Source: a bacterium
GTDB taxonomy: Bacteria; SAR324; NAC60-12
Reading direction: 5' to 3'
Assembly: GCA_965209155.1 (NCBI GenBank)
Contig: OZ242383.1
Span: 2,144,001 to 2,208,000, forward strand
Length of the DNA: 64,000 bases
The notes below the pieces were generated by a model that was not told where the DNA came from, did not search any database, and worked only from the letters and a program-made list of their open reading frames with translations. Shown here piece after piece: positions 60,668 to 64,000 of this stretch. The stretch's first letter is position 1; every line of letters begins with the position of its first letter. The position numbers were made by a program, and so were the translations under genes.

Positions 60668-63600
60668 TTACATATTTCTGCGATACTGTCCTCCATAACG
60701 ATACAATTCCTGTGAAATTTGTCCCAGTGAACAAACTTTGACGGTTTCCATCAAAGTTGTGAAAATATTTTTATTTTCCAGGCAGGCTTTGCGTAACTGT
60801 TGAAAGGCTCTTTCTTTTTCAGGCGCATGGAATTCATGAAATTGAGTCAGAGATTTCAATTGCATTTGTTTCTCTTCCTCGGTGGAGCGACTCAATGCGA
60901 GCGAATGTTCCGTTAGAGGGGGGTTGTCATTGAGAAAAGTGTTGATGCCAACCAGGGGTAGTTTACCGGAATGTTTCAGACTTTCATAATGCAGTGATTC
61001 TTCCTGGATTTTACTGCGCTGGTACATGGTTTCCATGGCTTCCAATACGCCCCCACGGTCCGCAATACGATTAAACTCTGCCAGAATTGCTTCTTCGACC
61101 AAATGCGTCAACTCCGAAATGATGAAGCTCCCTTGCAGTACATTTTCGTTTTTTGCCAACCCCAATTCCTGGTTGATAATCAGTTGAATTGCCAGAGCCC
61201 GCCGCACCGATTCCGCAGTGGGCGTAGTGATGGCTTCATCGTAAGCATTGGTATGCAAGGAGTTACAGTTGTCGTAAATCGCGTAGAGGGCCTGCAAAGT
61301 GGTGCGGATGTCATTGAAATCGATTTCCTGGGCGTGCAACGAACGTCCTGAGGTCTGGATGTGATATTTCAATTTTTGCGAACGTTCATTGGCATGATAA
61401 CGCTCCCTTAACGTGATGGCGAAAATCCGTCGTGCCACCCGACCAATGACAGCGTACTCGGGGTCCATTCCATTGCTGAAGAAAAAACTGAGATTGTGGG
61501 CGAAATCATCGATGGCCATCCCTCGGGAGAGATAATATTCGATGAAAGTGAATCCATTGGCCAGGGTAAACGCCACCTGGGTGATCGGATTGGCGCCGGC
61601 TTCCACCATATGGTATCCGGAGATACTGACTGAGTAAAAATTCTTGATCTGATTGGCTGTGAAATATTCCTGGATGTCTCCCATCATCTTCAATGCGAAT
61701 TCGGTGGAAAAGATACAAGTATTCTGTGCCTGATCTTCCTTGAGAATGTCTGCCTGCACCGTTCCCCGGATTTTCTGCAGCACTTCCTGTTGGATACGAT
61801 GGTAGACTTCCCCATCCACCAGCTGATCTCCTGAAACTCCCAGTGTATCCAATCCCAGTCCGTTGTGTCCTTCTGGAATACTTGTGCGATAGAGAGGGAC
61901 GGACTGGTCCCGTTTTTTATACAAGGCTTCAATTTTTTGTTTTGCCTTTCGCAGAAATCCTTCTTGCCGGAGGTAGACTTCGACTTGCTGGTCAATTGCC
62001 GCATTGAGATAAAAAGCGAGAATCATGGGGGCTGGTCCATTGATCGTCATGGAAACGGAGGTATCGGGTCGACATAGATCGAAGCCCGAGTAGAGACGTT
62101 TCGCGTCGTCGACAGTACAGATGGAAACTCCGGAATTGCCAATTTTTCCATAAATATCAGGACGTTGATGGGGGTTTTCTCCATAAAGCGTGACGGAATC
62201 GAATGCAGTACTCAAGCGTGTGGCTGGTTGACCGGAAGATAGAAAGTGGAAACGATGATTGGTCCGTTCCGCCACGCCTTCCCCCGCAAACATACGAGTG
62301 GGGTCTTCATTCTGACGTTTAAAAGGAAATCCACCTGCAGTGTAAGGAAATGATCCGGGAAAATTTTCCAATCCCATCCAACGCATGATCGTGCCCCAAT
62401 CCTGGTAGGGTGGCACAGCAATTTTAGGAATTGAGGTACCGGACAAACTCTCCACCCGGTTGTCCAGGGTGACATTTTTATTTCTTATCTGGAAACTGTA
62501 ACGAGCTTTGAGAAATTTTTCACGCTCCTCCCGGAACTTTTTGTAAAACCCGCGTTCCTGCAAAGAAATGGTAGCCAGCTTTTCATTGTAAAGATCCGCA
62601 ATGGGGCGTAAATCTGCGGTCAGGGGATCCCCATCGATGGGTTCAAAAGGCTCAGGCAAAGGACATAGCAGTTGTTTCAACGTACCGTAACTCTGGTAGC
62701 ATGCATCGGCTGAGCGGGCCGCGTTTTCGATACGGTGTTTGTACTGCTGGACGGTTTTCGTGATGTCTCTCAGGTACGTGCCCTGTTCGAGTGGAATGAA
62801 TGGCTTACTTTCGGAGATACCGGCAGGCGGTGCCGTTTTTTGCGGACGTTCCAAGAAATTCAATGCAACCACTTTTTGCATCAAATTGTGGTAAAACCAG
62901 TTGACTCCCGGATCATTGAATTGACTGGCAATGGCGCCAAAGACCGGCAACTCCTCGCTGGGAGCGTCAAATTCATTGTGATTGCGTCGGTATTGTTTTC
63001 GTACTGCGGTCAAAGCTTGATCTGCTCCTCGTTTGTCGAATTTATTGATGACGATCAAGTCGGCAAAATCCAGCATGTCGATTTTTTCCAGTTGAGTGGC
63101 AGCGCCAAAATCAGGGGTCATGGCATAAACGCTCACGTCCACCAGTTCCGTTATCTCGGAATCCCCTTGACCGATTCCCGCAGTTTCGACAAAAATCATG
63201 TCGAATCCGCTGACACTCAACATTTTCACTGCTTGATGGATCACGGGAGAAATCGCGGTATTGGAGTGACGAGTTGCCATGGAACGCATGAACACGCGAT
63301 TGGAGTCGATGGCGTTCATGCGTATGCGGTCCCCCAACAGCGCTCCTCCGGTCTTTCGTTTCGAAGGATCGACGGAGAGTACGGCAATACGAATTGATTG
63401 GAATTCCAGCAGCGCTCGTCTGAGCGTTTCATCCGTCAAACATGATTTGCCCGCTCCGCCCGTTCCCGTGATACCAATCACCGGAACACCGGGATTTTTT
63501 TCGATATGTCCGAAAACCTCACTAATCATAGCGGGTTGCTCGATGAATCGTTCAAGCCAGGTGATATTGCGGGCCAGTTCCCCAAAAGACACGGGATTCC

Positions 63601-64000
63601 GTTCTGAAAGACGAGGCGAGTAATCCGCCGCAATCGTGCTGAAGTCGGCTTGCCGGATCATGTCTGCAATCATTCCGTTCAGGCCCAATTCCTTGCCATC
63701 GTCAGAAGAATATAATCGGGTGACGCCATAGTCCATCAAAGCTTTGGCTTCTTCCGGAATGATCACGCCTCCGCCTCCCCCGAAAACCCTGATATGAGCT
63801 GCCTTCCTGGCTTTGAGCAGGTCTATCATGTATTGGAAAAATTCGGTGTGTCCTCCTTGATAGGAGCTCACTGCGATGGCCTGAACGTCTTCCTGAATGG
63901 CGGCGCTGACGATTTCCTCGACTCCCCGGTTGTGGCCCAGGTGAATCACTTCCACTCCACTTCTTTGCAAAAGCCGGCGCATGATGTTGATAGACGCGTC
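60668..64000 (-). CDS. icmF: Fused isobutyryl-CoA mutase / MeaB-type GTPase (5' end outside the window)
   Basis: [10 protein letters not shown]12-binding region, [32 protein letters not shown] end. Confidence 0.95.
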   Translation of the reverse strand, partial: DASINIMRRLLQRSGVEVIHLGHNRGVEEIVSAAIQEDVQAIAVSSYQGGHTEFFQYMIDLLKARKAAHIRVFGGGGGVIIPEEAKALMDYGVTRLYSSDDGKELGLNGMIADMIRQADFSTIAADYSPRLSERNPVSFGELARNITWLERFIEQPAMISEVFGHIEKNPGVPVIGITGTGGAGKSCLTDETLRRALLEFQSIRIAVLSVDPSKRKTGGALLGDRIRMNAIDSNRVFMRSMATRHSNTAISPVIHQAVKMLSVSGFDMIFVETAGIGQGDSEITELVDVSVYAMTPDFGAATQLEKIDMLDFADLIVINKFDKRGADQALTAVRKQYRRNHNEFDAPSEELPVFGAIASQFNDPGVNWFYHNLMQKVVALNFLERPQKTAPPAGISESKPFIPLEQGTYLRDITKTVQQYKHRIENAARSADACYQSYGTLKQLLCPLPEPFEPIDGDPLTADLRPIADLYNEKLATISLQERGFYKKFREEREKFLKARYSFQIRNKNVTLDNRVESLSGTSIPKIAVPPYQDWGTIMRWMGLENFPGSFPYTAGGFPFKRQNEDPTRMFAGEGVAERTNHRFHFLSSGQPATRLSTAFDSVTLYGENPHQRPDIYGKIGNSGVSICTVDDAKRLYSGFDLCRPDTSVSMTINGPAPMILAFYLNAAIDQQVEVYLRQEGFLRKAKQKIEALYKKRDQSVPLYRTSIPEGHNGLGLDTLGVSGDQLVDGEVYHRIQQEVLQKIRGTVQADILKEDQAQNTCIFSTEFALKMMGDIQEYFTANQIKNFYSVSISGYHMVEAGANPITQVAFTLANGFTFIEYYLSRGMAIDDFAHNLSFFFSNGMDPEYAVIGRVARRIFAITLRERYHANERSQKLKYHIQTSGRSLHAQEIDFNDIRTTLQALYAIYDNCNSLHTNAYDEAITTPTAESVRRALAIQLIINQELGLAKNENVLQGSFIISELTHLVEEAILAEFNRIADRGGVLEAMETMYQRSKIQEESLHYESLKHSGKLPLVGINTFLNDNPPLTEHSLALSRSTEEEKQMQLKSLTQFHEFHAPEKERAFQQLRKACLENKNIFTTLMETVKVCSLGQISQELYRYGGQYRRNM

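Overview
64 kb of chromosome from a Gram-negative bacterium (lnt, lptE and sigma54 systems; the gene set resembles Deltaproteobacteria/SAR324, which is inference only). Core blocks are xth, nadD, glyA, hldE-kinase, dsbA, lnt, phoR, phoU, tRNA-Arg, lptE, dksA, groESL, cytochrome c4 and icmF. These alternate with accessory DNA: two GC-rich peptide/nickel ABC clusters, a sigma54-driven sugar ABC operon with a 1993-aa activator, an Rpn gene, and a lexA-imuA-imuB-dnaE2 cassette. Most notable: dnaE2 is split by a 6.1-kb cargo-carrying IS1595-family element (25-bp TIRs, 8-bp TSD) that holds a second, nested IS1595. Directly downstream of the outer transposase are two homologous ~85-nt structured non-coding units, each behind its own sigma54 (-24/-12) promoter motif, plus a third hairpin RNA. 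This may be an undescribed RNA module of these transposons. Other highlights: an IS1595 Zn-ribbon/HTH fused to a pseudokinase-AAA-GAF-sigma54 activator; an Rpn gene flanked by two versions of that activator's 3' end; a tandem riboswitch-like leader; a heptamer VNTR starting at a predicted TSS; and several MITEs. All calls are by eye; no database searches or folding programs were run.
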